Positions 10,901 to 23,888 of a stretch of DNA of 64,000 bases are shown piece by piece; the first letter of the stretch is position 1; every line of letters begins with the position of its first letter. The translations under genes were made by a program, and so were the position numbers. Origin of the DNA: Fonticula alba ATCC 38817 (lineage: Eukaryota > Protista > Nucleariida); NCBI GenBank assembly GCA_000388065.2, contig KB932208.1; one strand, 5' to 3'. A model generated the notes under the pieces. That model was not told the origin of the DNA, searched no databases, and saw only the letters and a list, made by a program, of their open reading frames with translations.

Positions 10901-12629
10901 GGCATCCTGCACGCGGGGAGAGACACATTTTTCAGGGCCACCCCCAGGGGGCACAACGGGACCCAAAAGGGGCGAGAGCTTCTGCCCGTGTGCGTCGGTG
11001 TGTGCGGGCGCGTGCGGCCCGGCCGCCGGCTCCACAGACGTTGTCTCCGGCCTTTCCTCCCCCCCCCCCGGCCGGGACCCCTCTCGCTTCGCCCCGGAAA
11101 AACATCCGGCGGGCGCCTCGGACGCGCGGTCTCGACCGTCCTTCCCCGTCGGGAAGAGCCGGCGCGCGCGTCGGCGCCTTTTCCCTCCAGCGGGGTCACC
11201 CCTCGCCGGTCTTCGGAGCCCAGGCTGTTCTGCTCCCTCCGTGTGGCGCGCGGAAAAATCTCGTGTGCGATTGTTGCGTGAGCTCGCCTTCGGGCCTGCT
11301 CCCTGGGTTGCCCGGAGGAAAAGGCGTCCGGAGGGGGCCCGCTGGCTCGGGCCTGCTCACTGCCCCCCCCCGGCCCTGGCCACCGGGAGCGCCTTTCTGG
11401 CTCCTCCCTGGAGGGCAGCAGGCCAGGGGGGAGCAGCCTGCGCGGTGGATGCACCCAGCCCAGCCCGGGTGAAGATCCCCTGCTGCGTTCTGGTGGCCCG
11501 GGAGAGACATGACGGGCGTATGAAAATGTTCCCCCCCCCCCCCCCCCCGCCCCTCGGCGCCCAAACGCGTCCCCCGCACCAGGCGCCGGCGGCACAAGGC
11601 TGCCCCCTCCCCCCGCCGAAGTGTTGGTGGATGCCCCTCCCCGTCACCCGCGCACCCGGGGGGGGGGGTGGCGTCCTCCCTGGCCGGGGCGCGGCAGGCG
11701 CGGAGGAGGCCCGGCAGCGGCATCCCGATCCTCGCGCTCCGGGCTGAGGCTCAGCGGGCCCGGCGGTGATCGGCCATCACCGCCCGCCGTCACCGAGCCT
11801 GCCGAGGTCTTTGCATGCCTTCTGGCCCGACGCAGTGCCGGGGACCCGCGCTCGGGCAGATGCCGGCCCTCCCCCTCGGCCCTCCTCTTATTCTCTCTCT
11901 CTCTCTCTCTGTCTCTGTCTGTCTGTCTGTGGACCACAGGCGGGTTTACACCGCGGGATTGCGCCGGAGCAGCCTCGCCCGCTGGTTGGCTCGTGCTCGC
12001 GCACGCCCACACCCAGGCATGGACCCGCCGGCAAGGCCCACCCTCACCCACATGCGCCTCAATGCGTGCACTTGCACCCCCCCCCCCCCCCCCCCCCCCN
12101 NNNNNNNNNNNNNNNNNNNNNNNNNNNNNNNNNNNNNNNNNNNNNNNNNNNNNNNNNNNNNNNNNNNNNNNNNNNNNNNNNNNNNNNNNNNNNNNNNNNN
12201 NNNNNNNNNNNNNNNNNNNNNNNNNNNNNNNNNNNNNNNNNNNNNNNNNNNNNNNNNNNNNNNNNNNNNNNNNNNNNNNNNNNNNNNNNNNNNNNNNNNN
12301 NNNNGTCCACCCCTCGCCGGCCAAACATCTGAACATTTTTATCCCCTCAGACCGAGCGGTGGACCCCCCGAGGCCCACGTACCCGCTCCCCCCCCCCCGA
12401 TCCCGCCCTTGCCGTTTGCGTTTGGCCTCGCCCCCTCCCTCTTCCACCCCCCTCTCCTTCTCTCGGCCCCCTCCCCCTTTGCCTCCTGCCAGGGCGTCAC
12501 TCTCCTCGTCGCAGCTCCTTGTCCACTCCCGCCGTCTTTCGCCTCGCATCTCCTCCCTCGCTCTCTCGGCATCCCCCGCCGCAGCCGCAGCCGCCGCAGC
12601 CGCCGCCGTCGCTGCCGCACGCCGCCCCG

Positions 12630-15042
12630 ATGGGTCACATTTTCTCCTTCCTCCGGGGCCGCAATGCCGCACCAACCAAGCGCCCTGGCGGGCATGGGCT
12701 CCGGCCCGGGACCATGCTCCAGGTGGGCGGCTTCGCGCCCGGGTCCGCCAAGCACACCGGCCTCTGTGTGGAGTTCTACCCGACGTACATCCCGGCGCCC
12801 GAGCTGGCCCTGCTGGCTGGGGCCCTGTCTCCGCCGGTCCCCGGGGCCCTGCCTTCCGGTCATGCATCTAGCCTGAGCACCGGCTCGGTCGGGGCCTCCA
12901 CGCGGCGGCCGTCTGTCGGCGGCACCGGGCCGCATGGGCAGCGCCGCCGCCGGCTCACCGTGCGCGCGCGCATTGGCTCCGGCGCCAGCGGCACCGTCTA
13001 CCATGTCATCGAGCCGCTGTCCAGCCTCGGGGCCGTCAGCGCCACCGGCGCCGGCGGCTCGATCCACACCCCCACCAGCCCTTCGGTGGCCAATTACCCG
13101 ACGCTCGGGGCGGCCGGCCCTCCCGGCGGGGGGGCCCTGTCGCCGTCCTACACCCCGGCCGCGCAGGCCGTCACCCCGGTCACCACCGAGTGGGCTCTCA
13201 AGCAGGTGGTCATCCCGGATGCCGAGGGTCTGCTGGTGCGTGCCCCCCCCCCCCTCCTCTCGGGAGAGCTGGCTGCGAGGGGCCTCGCTCCGATCCACGT
13301 CTGCCNNNNNNNNNNNNNNNNNNNNNNNNNNNNNNNNNNNNNNNNNNNNNNNNNNNNNNNNNNNNNNNNNNNNNNNNNNNNNNNNNNNNNNNNNNNNNNN
13401 NNNNNNNNNNNNNNNNNNNNNNNNNNNNNNNNNNNNNNNNNNNNNNNNNNNNNNNNNNNCCCCCCCGCTCACCCTTCCCCCTCGCCGCAGACCTTCCTCC
13501 AGGAGGTGGTGTCACACTCGCTCGTTTCCTCGCCGTTCGTTCTGCCACTTGAGGAGGCCAGCATCGACTTCTCGGAGCAGCCACCGCCCGGGCCCGGTCC
13601 AGATGACGACCTGCCAGGCAGCCAGTCACACACTCGGCCTACCTCGCCCGAGGGTGGCCATGTATCCCACACGGCCGGCCTCGTGCCCCAGCCGGATGTC
13701 TCTGAGATCAGTGCGTGTCAGTCCGCACGTCCGCACGGCCAGCCCTTTGCATGGGGCCGGCCGGTCTGTCTACTTGCGAGCGAGGTCCCGGTCTTTCCTT
13801 GTGCCCCCTTCGGCCCTCGTTGACACCCGTTAACCTGGCCCCCCCCCCCCCCCCCCCCCCCCTCGCCTGGCCCCGGCGTCGGCCTGTAGTTTCTAAATTC
13901 CTCCCCGGGATCTCCTTCCCCGCCAGCGGGCACCTCCTGCTGCCACTTGGCACCAAGGGCACGCTGGCCTCCCTGGTGGCGGTGACCTTCTCGGCCTATG
14001 CGTCAGCCACCATGGCTTCCGGGGCCATGGTCGGCGATGGATCGGCTCACGCCACGCTCTATGGCCTGAGGCGGACCCTGCGCCGGGCCAATCGCGGGAC
14101 ATTGCGCTCGGGCACCGGCAGCCGCCTAACCACGACCCTGTGGTCGGCTCGTGTGCTGCGGATTTTGTCCGGCGCCGCGCGCGGGCTCCTGGCCCTGCAC
14201 CAATCTGGCCACGCCTTCCGCGACCTGAAGCCCGCCAACATCCTCCTCCTGCCGGTGGCCCGGGCGGCTCTGGCCCCGGCGAACGCCGCCACTGTCGGCA
14301 GCCCGGATGGCGGAGCCGCCGCGGCCAGCGCGCCGGTCACGCCCGGCCGGCCGCCGGCCCTGCAAATCAACACCACGAACTTGGGCTCGCCCACCGGGCT
14401 CCCGGCGTCCGGGGATGTGGTGCTCACCGGTGTCCTGATGGATCTCGGCTCGGTGGAGCCCCTGCGCGGGGATCTGTACACCACGCAAACGGCCGCCGCA
14501 CGGAGGGCGATCGCCGAACGGGCGGCCGTCCGGGTCACGGCCCCCTTCCGCGCGCCGGAGCTCTTCGACCCGGCCATGCTGTCCCTCCTGCTGGCCGGGG
14601 ATGTCGATGCCTCGGGGGCCATTCAGCCGGCGGTGGTGGCCGGGTGGGGCATGGACCCGGTGCTCGGCCGCCATGCCCCGGGGCTGTCCCCCGGCGAAGC
14701 TTCCATCCCGGGGCCCGGGTCCGGTGTGAGCATCGACCAGGTGGTCGGGGATGATCTGGCCGCGCGCCTGTCAGCCGCGCTCGATGCCCGGACCGACACC
14801 TTCGCCCTGGGGTGCACGCTGTATGCGGCCCTGGCGGGAGGGGCTCCGGGCGCGGCCGGGGCCAGCCTGGCGGCGGCCGCGGCGGCCAGCGGCGGAACCA
14901 GCGATGGCGACCTGGCCGCGGCGCAGCTGGCCTACGGCCAGGCCTTCGATGGAACGGCCTCCGGGGCGATGGCCCGACGGGCGCCCCTGCCGGACCCGAG
15001 CACCGACCATGCATGGCTGTCCTTCTGGTCGGCCAATGCCGC

Positions 15043-15079
<37 letters not shown>

Positions 15080-15394
15080 ATGCCCCGGGCCGGGTCCACC
15101 CCGACGCTTGGTCGCCCGCGCAAGCCCACCGCCCTGGCGACGGCCGATGCTCCCGGGTCTCCGGGCCCGGCCGCCGGCGGGGGAGCTGCCCTGCTGACTG
15201 CAGATGCTCGGTCCGAGGGGCCAGCCGCCGGCCCTGCGCCCGGGGTGTATCCCGATGTGGTGGTCCAGCTGCTGGACTGGCTGCTGGATACGGACCCCCG
15301 TGCGCGGCCGTCCATGGCGGCCGTTGTCCGCCGCATTGACGAGGTCCTCCTGGAGCTGGAGCCGCTGCTGGAGCCCGGATGGGATCGCCTGTGA
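12630..15394 (+). CDS. STK16: STK16/Env7-like (NAK family) Ser/Thr protein kinase, at least 3 exons (12630-13235, 13491-about 13785, about 13890-15394)
   Basis: MGHIFS start (myristoylation-type MGxxxS); IGSGASGTVY Gly loop; WALKQ; QEVVSH alphaC; LLLPLGTKGTL hinge; AFRDLKPANILL; VLMDLGS (the DLG of STK16); TAPFRAPELF; DARTDTFALGCTLY. Intron 1 (GTGCGT...CAG) spans an N-gap; intron 2 boundaries are uncertain. Confidence 0.85.
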
Positions 15395-16799
15395 GTCTGG
15401 GGGTGGGGGTGGGGGGGTGGCGGGGTGGCGGGGTGGCCGGACACACGTGCCTCCAGGCCGGGCCGGGGGAAGTTGGTGGCGATTCCTCCCATCGCCTCAT
15501 TCTCTCCCCTCGCCTGGCTCCCGTCGCCCCGCCGCGCGCACGTCCAGACACCCCTGTACACACCACGCCCATCCACCCCCCGTCGTCCTTTTCTTTTTGG
15601 ATGGCGTTCCGGCCCCTCTTCTCACTTGTGTGCCATTCTCCCCGTGCCGCACCTTGTCCTTGTATCAAATGAAATCCCTTGTCAAAGTACTCTTAGGGGG
15701 ACCCTCCTGCGTTTCTCCGGGTGGCCACATGCATATTCCTCCGCCTCCTCCCTGGCCGCCCAAATGTGTCCGTGTAAAAGGCCATGGCGGCCAAGCGGCA
15801 GGAGGGCCGAAGAATGCCTCTTCTCCCGGTTGTGGAGACAGGAGGTGACGAGAAGAGACGGTGTGGGATTTTTTTTTCTTGACTAGGGGTATATTATTAC
15901 TGGAGGGGGGGTCTATAGCTGTCGGAAACATGCGCAGGCACACGCCCACACACATACACGCTCGTGTACAGGCTGTCCTTCCCTCTTTCGCGCTGTCGCT
16001 CTCTTTCATTGAGAGGGATGATGGGTGCAAAATTGCCAGAGTGTGGCAGGGGGAGGGGGGGGGGGAAGGGAAGGAGAAGAAAGGAGGAGAGGGACGCACG
16101 CGCATGCCCGCGTGGGAAAGCCCACACGCAGACACGCGCACAGACACACACGCATGCCCGGAGAAGAGGGGGGAGGCGAGTGCAACAAGGACAGCTTCTT
16201 CTTGGGAGGGTGATGAAGGGAGGAGGGAGGGGCGCGGGACGAGGCAGGAGGAGAAGAGCAGAGGGGGGAAGGGGCGCAGGGGAAGAAAGGCCGACCAGCG
16301 CGTCACAGGAGGGGAGGCCTGCGCGGCACGTGTGCATACTTGCACCAGGTGGCAGCGGAGGGGTGAGGGAATACAGGGGTGGGTGCGAGAGGGGGCCGGG
16401 GGTGGGGGTGGGGGGATTCCCCACTGCCGCCTCTCCGACGCCTCTTGCTCCATGGACACCTCTTCTCCCGGTTCGGGCTTTGTCTCTTTCTTTCTCCTGC
16501 ATGCTCCCTTCGTCGCCTTCCTACCTGCCGTGTGCGTGTGTGTGTGTGTGCGGTGTGTGCGGTGTTTGGCCCTCCCCTTCGGGTGCGGTCTTTCAGGCGA
16601 GGCAGAGGGAGGAGGAGCGGTCTAGGAGCGAGAGGAGGGGGGGGGGGGAGGAAGGAGGGGGGAAAAAACGAGAACAAGGGACAAAAAAAGGGGCCTTACA
16701 AGAAAGAACCACCCCCCCCCCCCCCCCCTGTACGCCTCCTCCGCACCGTGGAGGGGGGCGTGTGGCGCGACGCAGACAGCATGCCGCCTGACGCCTGCT

Positions 16800-16830
<31 letters not shown>

Positions 16831-16831
16831 T

Positions 16832-18277
16832 TTACTTGCTCTTGATGGCAGCGGCCAGGGAGGCCTCGTGCTCGGCAATGACAGAGGCACGCAGACGGTC
16901 GCGCTCCTCGGCCTCCTCCGGGAAGAGCTCCTTGACGATGTCCGGGAACTCGGTGAAGATCTGGTAGCGAGTGATGTGGCGCTCGTCGGTGCGAGTGGGC
17001 TGGTGATCGGCCTGGGCCTCCTGGTGCCGGAGGAGTGTCCGCTCGAAGGCGCTGTCCTTGTCCACCTTGAGCCGGAGGAACTGGTACAGGCTGTGCGTGT
17101 TGTTGTAGATGTTCTCGTAGAACTTCTCCGACCGGACGAGGTACAGGTTGGAGGGCTTGACGATGTTGCGGCAGAACTCGATCTGGTTGCGGAACCAGAT
17201 GGCGTTCTCCTCGCGCACCACGCGCGCCAGCTCCTTGTGGGCCATGACGTCGATGCCGGCGAAATCCTGGGCCAGGAGGCCCTGCAGGCGCATCCAGCTG
17301 GGGAGCGAGGACTCGGGGTTGCGCACGAGGCAAATGTACCGCGCATCCGGGTACTGCTTGATGGCATAGGAGAGCTGGCCATTCCAGCCGGCGACCCACT
17401 TGCTGAAGTACACGGAGTCGGGCTTGCCACGGCGGTAGAGGACCTTCTTGACGCAGCGCTGGTGGAAGTCCCTGTTGAGGGGAGGGGGGGAGCAGGGTCC
17501 GAGAGGAGAAGAGAGAGAGAGAGAGCACAGGGATGATGTGTGTGTGTGTGTGAGTGAGTATGTGCGTGTCGTCCGTGAGAGGGGATGTCCTCGACGAGGT
17601 GGGAGCGCGTGCAGGTGGGCAGCAGGGAAGAGGGAGTCGGGGAAGGGCGGCGCAATCTCAGAGCCCGCCCGCTGGCAGTGCCGTGGCCGCTCTCTGTCGG
17701 GTGCGACCCCCCCCGACCCTCCCCCCCCCCCCCGCTGCACTCGCGCAGTACGTACATCATGTTGGCGCGATCACGCTTGGGGCGCCAGTCAAAGTGATAG
17801 AAGTCACGAGCGAAGTCCGGGCAGGGGAAGGCGCCGAGGACCATGAAGTGGGCCGAGTGGTGGAAGAGGAAGATGGTGTCATCCTCGTCGGAGAGATCGA
17901 AGCGCAGGCGGCGCATCTTGGCACGGGGGCTATCATGGGCCATGTAGCAGTTGAGGTGGTTGCGGACGACGAAGTCGCGCACGCGGTTGCCGAGGAAGCG
18001 CTTGTCCAGCTCGCAGGCCAGGTCCAGGGCATACTGCACGCACAGGTAGGGGAAGCGCATCTCGAAGAGGGTGAGGGCCAGCAGGCGCTCATCCTCGGCG
18101 AGGATGCTCTCGAGCTTGGTGGTACCGGAGCGGGGCTGGCCCACCAGGAAGACCGGCTCCTTGATGGTGACATTGTGGTAGTCCTTGAAGAAGATCTCGT
18201 CGATGTGCCAGAGGACCGTCTCCAGGGGCCAGAGGACCAGGAAGCGGGACATGCAGATGGCAACCGAGTTGAGGCTG

Positions 18278-18313
<36 letters not shown>

Positions 18314-18791
18314 GAGGGGGCGGCATGGTCAGGGGGTGTCGGCATCGGGCGCGGGCAGGAGGACCGGTGGTCGGGCGCATGTGCGTATGGAGAGAGGGGC
18401 AAGCGGGAGCAGGAGCGCCGCGTACTTGACCAGCCAGGAGAAGCCCTCGAAGGGGCGCAGCGCGCGGAAGAGGAGGTCCACATTCCGGGCCCAGGTGCCG
18501 AAGGGGCAGGCGTAGGCATAGACCGCCATCAGGGCCAGGTAGATCGGCCAGAGGCCGGACAGGAACCAGAAGGACAGCCAGCAGGTGAGGAACGGCCACA
18601 CATACCAGTAGGCCGGCACGTAGAGGCCAAGCGGGTTGTCATTCTGATCGATGAGCCCGGGCTTGCCGTTGATGTTGTAGACGGTCTGTTTCTGCGGGTG
18701 TCGGTGGTTAGATGACGCCGGGGGGAGGGGGGGAGAGAGAGAGAGAGAGAGAAAGAGAGGAAAGCTGGCAGGGTGAGGGGCGTACAGCCAT
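16832..18791 (-). CDS. PAPS-dependent sulfotransferase (Sulfotransfer_3 / Stf3-like) with N-terminal transmembrane region; exons 18791-18786, 18691-18426, 18274-17756, 17471-16832 (476 aa)
   Basis: 5'-PSB loop PVFLVGQPRSGTTKL and 3'-PB motif YICLVRNPESSLPS. The exons join in frame (1431 nt) with GTACGC/GTACGT donors and CAG acceptors. Hydrophobic N-terminus YWYVWPFLTCWLSFWFLSGLWPIYLALMAVYAY. Confidence 0.85.
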
Positions 18792-19470
18792 GGTGGGGCC
18801 AGACGCGCGCTCGCGGGAGGGCGGAGTGCGCGGCTCTCGGGGGGCTCCTAGGACCGCACGAGAGGACAGGGGGAAGGGAGAGGGGGGAGGGGGAGGGGGA
18901 GGGGGAGGGAGGATGGAATGGGCGGGGGAGGGCGAAGGAGTAGTCCAGCTACTCACGAAGGGGGGGGGGAAGAGGGGGCGTGTGTGTGGCTGCCTCCCAT
19001 GGCCGGGAGGGGAATTAACTCCTCCCACTTGAAGGTCCCCTCTGCCGCCCCTCGCCCGTGAGAGGGCGCGGGCCCAGGCGAGGTGGAGAGCGGGGCCGGG
19101 GCCGGGGCCGGGGCCGGGCGAGGAGACCATGCCACACACGCATGCGCGCCGCCGCGGGCTGGCACACCTGCGCCGGCGGTGCGCCGGGATGCGGGCTTGG
19201 GCGCGCCCGAACACAACGCCCCCGCGCCCGCGCGGCGGCGGTAGCTGGGGGGNNNNNNNNNNNNNNNNNNNNNNNNNNNNNNNNNNNNNNNNNNNNNNNN
19301 NNNNNNNNNNNNNNNNNNNNNNNNNNNNNNNNNNNNNNNNNNNNNNNNNNNNNNNNNNNNNNNNNNNNNNNNNNNNNNNNNNNNNNNNNNNNNNNNGGGC
19401 AGGAGCCGAGGCGCCGGGGGCCGCGGTCGCCGGCGCCGCCATCAGACACACGTGGCGGTGGGGCTGGTGG

Positions 19471-19505
<35 letters not shown>

Positions 19506-22500
19506 AGGGGGAGCAACAAAGGCAAATCCACCGCTCGCGCCCCCGGCCGGGCCCCTCGAGGCTGGGGGATTGTCACAGTTGGCGCGGTGCTGGCGCGCGG
19601 AGTGCGTCCGCTCACCCGGGCCCCTGCCGCGTTTTGAAGGGCGTGCTCACCAACGAAGGGCCCCCGTGCATCCTCTCGCCGACGCGCGCGGGGGGGGGGG
19701 GGCGAGGCTCCTCCTGGGCAGTCGCTGCCCAGTGGCCATGGTGGCACACCCAAGCGGGCGCCCCTCGTCATATGGTCGGCCTGCGCGTGCCGGTCATGAC
19801 CGTCGCGGTCTTGTGGGCGTTTGTCTATGGCGCTCGGGCCTTCGTGCGCCCGCTGTCCCTCGCCCTGTGAGCCGTTTCGAACGGGCCCCGTCCGGGGCCG
19901 GATCGGCCACGCCGGCGGCCCGCCCGCCCTCCCCCCCCCGGGAGCAGCCAGGGGACGGTCCACCGCGGCGGGGCCAGCGCCAGGTGCGCGCGGGCGCGCG
20001 CGCGCCCCGAGCTTGGTCGCCCAGTTGCCTCCCCGGGCCGCGGAATAGTTCCGCACCTCCTTTGGCCACTGGAGCCGTCGCCGCCGCCGCCGCCGCCGTC
20101 GCCCGGGTGCCCCGCCTGTGGCCATGATCTTTCCCCCCCTCTCTCTCTCTCTCTCTCTCCCGCCCCGGCCCGGGGGCGTCGCACCTCGGCTCATCTTTTG
20201 CCAGGGAGCGGGCCCCCTGCTCGGGAAATGATGCAGGCGGGTGTTGCGGGTTTTATTCGAGTGTCGGCCAGGCGCCGAGCCGCGGGCATGCCGCCTCGGC
20301 CCTCCCCTCCGGGGGCACTTCGCCTCGGGGCCGGCGGGGCGGGTGTCGGCTGACCGGCTGCCCCCCCCCCCCTCTCACCCCACGGCGACGTGGCCTCCGT
20401 CCGGACGCGCGCCCAAGAAGGGCGGGGGGGGCCGAAGGATGCGCGGCTTTTTTCCCCCTTTCGTGTGGCGCCCAGCTCCGGGGATGCGCGCGGTGCCGCG
20501 CGCATATATCGCTCCGTGCGGTCGCCCACCCCACAAAGCAAAGCCCGAAAGGGCTATCTCCCCACATGTTAACCATTGTTCCGTCCCGGCTGCATCCGCT
20601 GGGGCAGGGGCGGCCGGGGGGAGGGGGGGGGGGGCGGACATAATGGCTCGGCCCCAAAAGGGTGCCCGCTGCTCGGGCCGCAGACATGCGGGCCCGACAC
20701 TCGCGTCCCCATGCCCGGGGGGGGCCGGGGGGGGGGGGGGGCTCAGAGATTCTTCCGGCCTGCCCGTCCCAGCGACACTCGGGCGGCGGCCCACGAGCCC
20801 GGGGCCGCCCGCGGACGGCATCTCCCCCGGCCGAGCGGCCTCAGCGCTGTGCGCGCGCACGCGCATGTGTCCCTTCGGGTGACGCCGCGTGTGTGTGTGT
20901 GCGTTTGAATGGGGCCGGTGGGGGGGGCGCGCGCCCATTGTTCTCCTCGGGTGCCCCTCGGGCGGGCGCACAGGGCGACGGCACCGGGGCCAGGCGTGGC
21001 GCGCGGCCGGGAGCCCATCCTCGGTCTGGGAGCCGGCGGTTGCCAAGTCGGCGGCGGTGTTCGTCCGTTTGAGTCAGGGATGTCCGGGGGCGGGGGCGGG
21101 GGAGGGGCCGCGGGCCTCTCTCTGTCTCTCGCGTTGGCCGCCGGGAAAAAGCCCGGTGAAACAGCCGCGTCAGCGCTCGGGCGCGGCCGGGGGTGAGGCG
21201 CGTTGAACGGGGTCCTCCGGGGCCGGCCCGCGAGGTGGACCCGCCCCCCCCCCTCCCTCCTTGAGCTTGCGCCATCCGCCGCTCCGGCCGAGTGGGCTGC
21301 GCGCCGGCGTCAACCGACAGCGAGGTAGCGCGATGTGCGCGCGAGGCGCCGGCCCCGGCGCGGGGGGAGGCCGGCCTCGCGCCCCCTCGCGCCCCCTCCC
21401 GCCACCCACGGCCACCCATCTTGATGCGACGAGGGAACGCACACATGGCCCCCGGCGGGCCTCGGGCATTCCGGCCGCCAGAGAAGGCACAAGGGCGCGC
21501 CCCCGGCGGGGGCCGGGCTTGGCCCGATGTCAGGCAGGGTGGACCTTCCCCCCGCCCCCCCCGGGTGCTCTTCCCAAAGCCACCGGGCCTGGGCGCGGAT
21601 GGCCCGGTGATATCACCGGCAGTGGGCCGCACGCGCCCGGGCCCGGAGCCGGGCTTTTTGGTCCTGCCTCTGGCGGCTGGCCGGGGCGGCCGCCCCGCCG
21701 GGGCGTATGACCTCGCTGGGCGGTGCGCCCCGGGTACGCCGATCCTGGCCCGCCGGCGCCCGGTGCCGAGGGACCTGCCAGCCGGCAGGTCACACGGGGA
21801 GACACCCCGGCAGCGGCGGCGGCGGCGGCGGCAATGTGCAGGGGTGTGTTTGTTGTGTGTGGACCTTCGGGAGCGCGTGCGCACACGGGCCCGGCCGTGC
21901 GGCTGTCTCCACCGGTTCGGGCAGCCCAGGCCGGCCGCGGGTTCGGGTCACGCATCCTCTCGGCCCCCTACGGCGGCCATGTTCGCCGCGCCCCGCACGC
22001 CCGGCCGCGCTGATGAGCTCGATTGTCAGGGCCCGATCCTCTGGCCCGGGGTGCGGCAGGGCGTCGCAAGGGAGACCGCCGTGGCGGCCCCAAATCCGCC
22101 CGGCCGGCCCGACGCCCATTCGCCGGGCGCGCAATACGCCGCCGCCGCCGCCGCCCGGGGTGTGGCCGCGCAGGGCGCCGGTCCTCGCGCTTCTCTCCAA
22201 GGCCCGATGGCGGCACGGCGCCCGGGCGGTCGGGGCCCCTTCCGCCGGTCCCCGCCCGCGCCGTGCCGGCCCTCCCCCCGCCACATGGACGCCATTGGGA
22301 GGCGCGCGCGCGCGCGGTCATCCAATGTCAAGCACGCCCGCCCGATCGGCATCCATTCCCCCACTGTTTGGACGCCGCCGGGCTCCCTTCTGGGAAGGGT
22401 CAACCGCGGCTGCATGCATGCGCGCGCGCCGCCGGGAGCGGGAGCCCATCGGCCCTGTCCGTCCTGTAGTCCCCCCCCCCTCGCCCCCCTGCGGCCTTCG

Positions 22501-23835
22501 GCGACGCGCATAGTCGCAGGCCCGGACACGGGCGCCCGATCCGCCGGACACCCCCCGCCCTGTCCCGCACCCCAGGCATGGCGCCCCCCGTGTTTTGTCC
22601 TTTCACAGGTACGGCCGGATGTCTTCTCGCCGCGCACGCACGCGCGTGAGGGCGCTCATGCACCCTCGCGCACACACGCATGCGTGCTCCCGCCCCCCCT
22701 CCTGCACCCATGGCGAAGAAGCCCTCAGAGTTTGCTTGTTGCGCCGAGCGCCCCCTTGCCCGGGACCNNNNNNNNNNNNNNNNNNNNNNNNNNNNNNNNN
22801 NNNNNNNNNNNNNNNNNNNNNNNNNNNNNNNNNNNNNNNNNNNNNNNNNNNNNNNNNNNNNNNNNNNNNNNNNNNNNNNNNNNNNNNNNNNNNNNNNNNN
22901 NNNNNNNNNNNNNNNNNNNNNNNNNNNNNNNNNNNNNNNNNNNNNNNNNNNNNNNNNNNNNNNNNNNNNNNNNNNNNNNNNNNNNNNNNNNNNNNNNNNN
23001 NNNNNNNNNNNNNNNNNNNNNNNNNNNNNNNNNNNNNNNNNNNNNNNNNNNNNNNNNNNNNNNNNNNNCCCCCCCGCCGCACCTCACGGCTGTCTGACTT
23101 CTTTTTGGGAGGTTGCGTCCCGGCCGGCCGGGCCATTGCGCCTCCTCGCAGCCCCCCTCCCCTCGTCGGGGGCCGTTCCAGCCGGCCCTCCGCCGCGGCG
23201 GTGGCCGACACAAATGCCCGTGCTTTCCCCGGGCCCGGCCGACGGCCATAACGCAAACATGCCCACTATGCGCGCGGGTCTAATGGGCTTCGGGGGTGGG
23301 CCGCAGCCGGGCGGCGCCGGCCGCCAGGCCCGGCCTGCCCCCCCCCCCCCCCGGGGCCGGGGACGGAGATAACAACAAACACCGGAATGGGCACGTGCAT
23401 GTGCGCATGTTCTTTCACTCGGTCAGCCCACTCACATGGGGCACATGATGAATGCACACACCCCGCGCCATTCCCCACAATCCGGCCCTCCTCTCGCTCC
23501 CGCCGGCGGCTAACAACTGCCCCGCACACCGAGCGTCTCCCCCCCCCCCCTCGCCCCTGTGGCACTGCTCGAATGAGAGGAAGATCTTTATCAATGGTTA
23601 CACGAGTCTTGGGGCCTCTTTTTTTCTGGCCCGTGCGGATGCCCCCATGTCTGGGCGTGCAGATGCGAAAAGGTACATGCCCAAGGCATACTGAGGGGGG
23701 GGGGGGGCGGGGGGCAGGGCGCATATGATCCCACAGCCGGGGGGCGGGCAGGTGCCGGCACCTGCGCTCTTCCCCTTGATGCCCGGGTCGTCTCTCGCAG
23801 GCACCGAGGCCGAGAGCGGCCCCCTGGGCACTTGG

Positions 23836-23842
23836 CTAGGAC

Positions 23843-23888
<46 letters not shown>

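Noticed and set aside
4061-12500. Dozens of overlapping 100-600 aa Gly/Arg/Pro/Ala-rich ORFs on both strands
   Set aside because: Expected in very GC-rich sequence; many begin at GTG/TTG and translate homopolymers or microsatellites, with no motifs.
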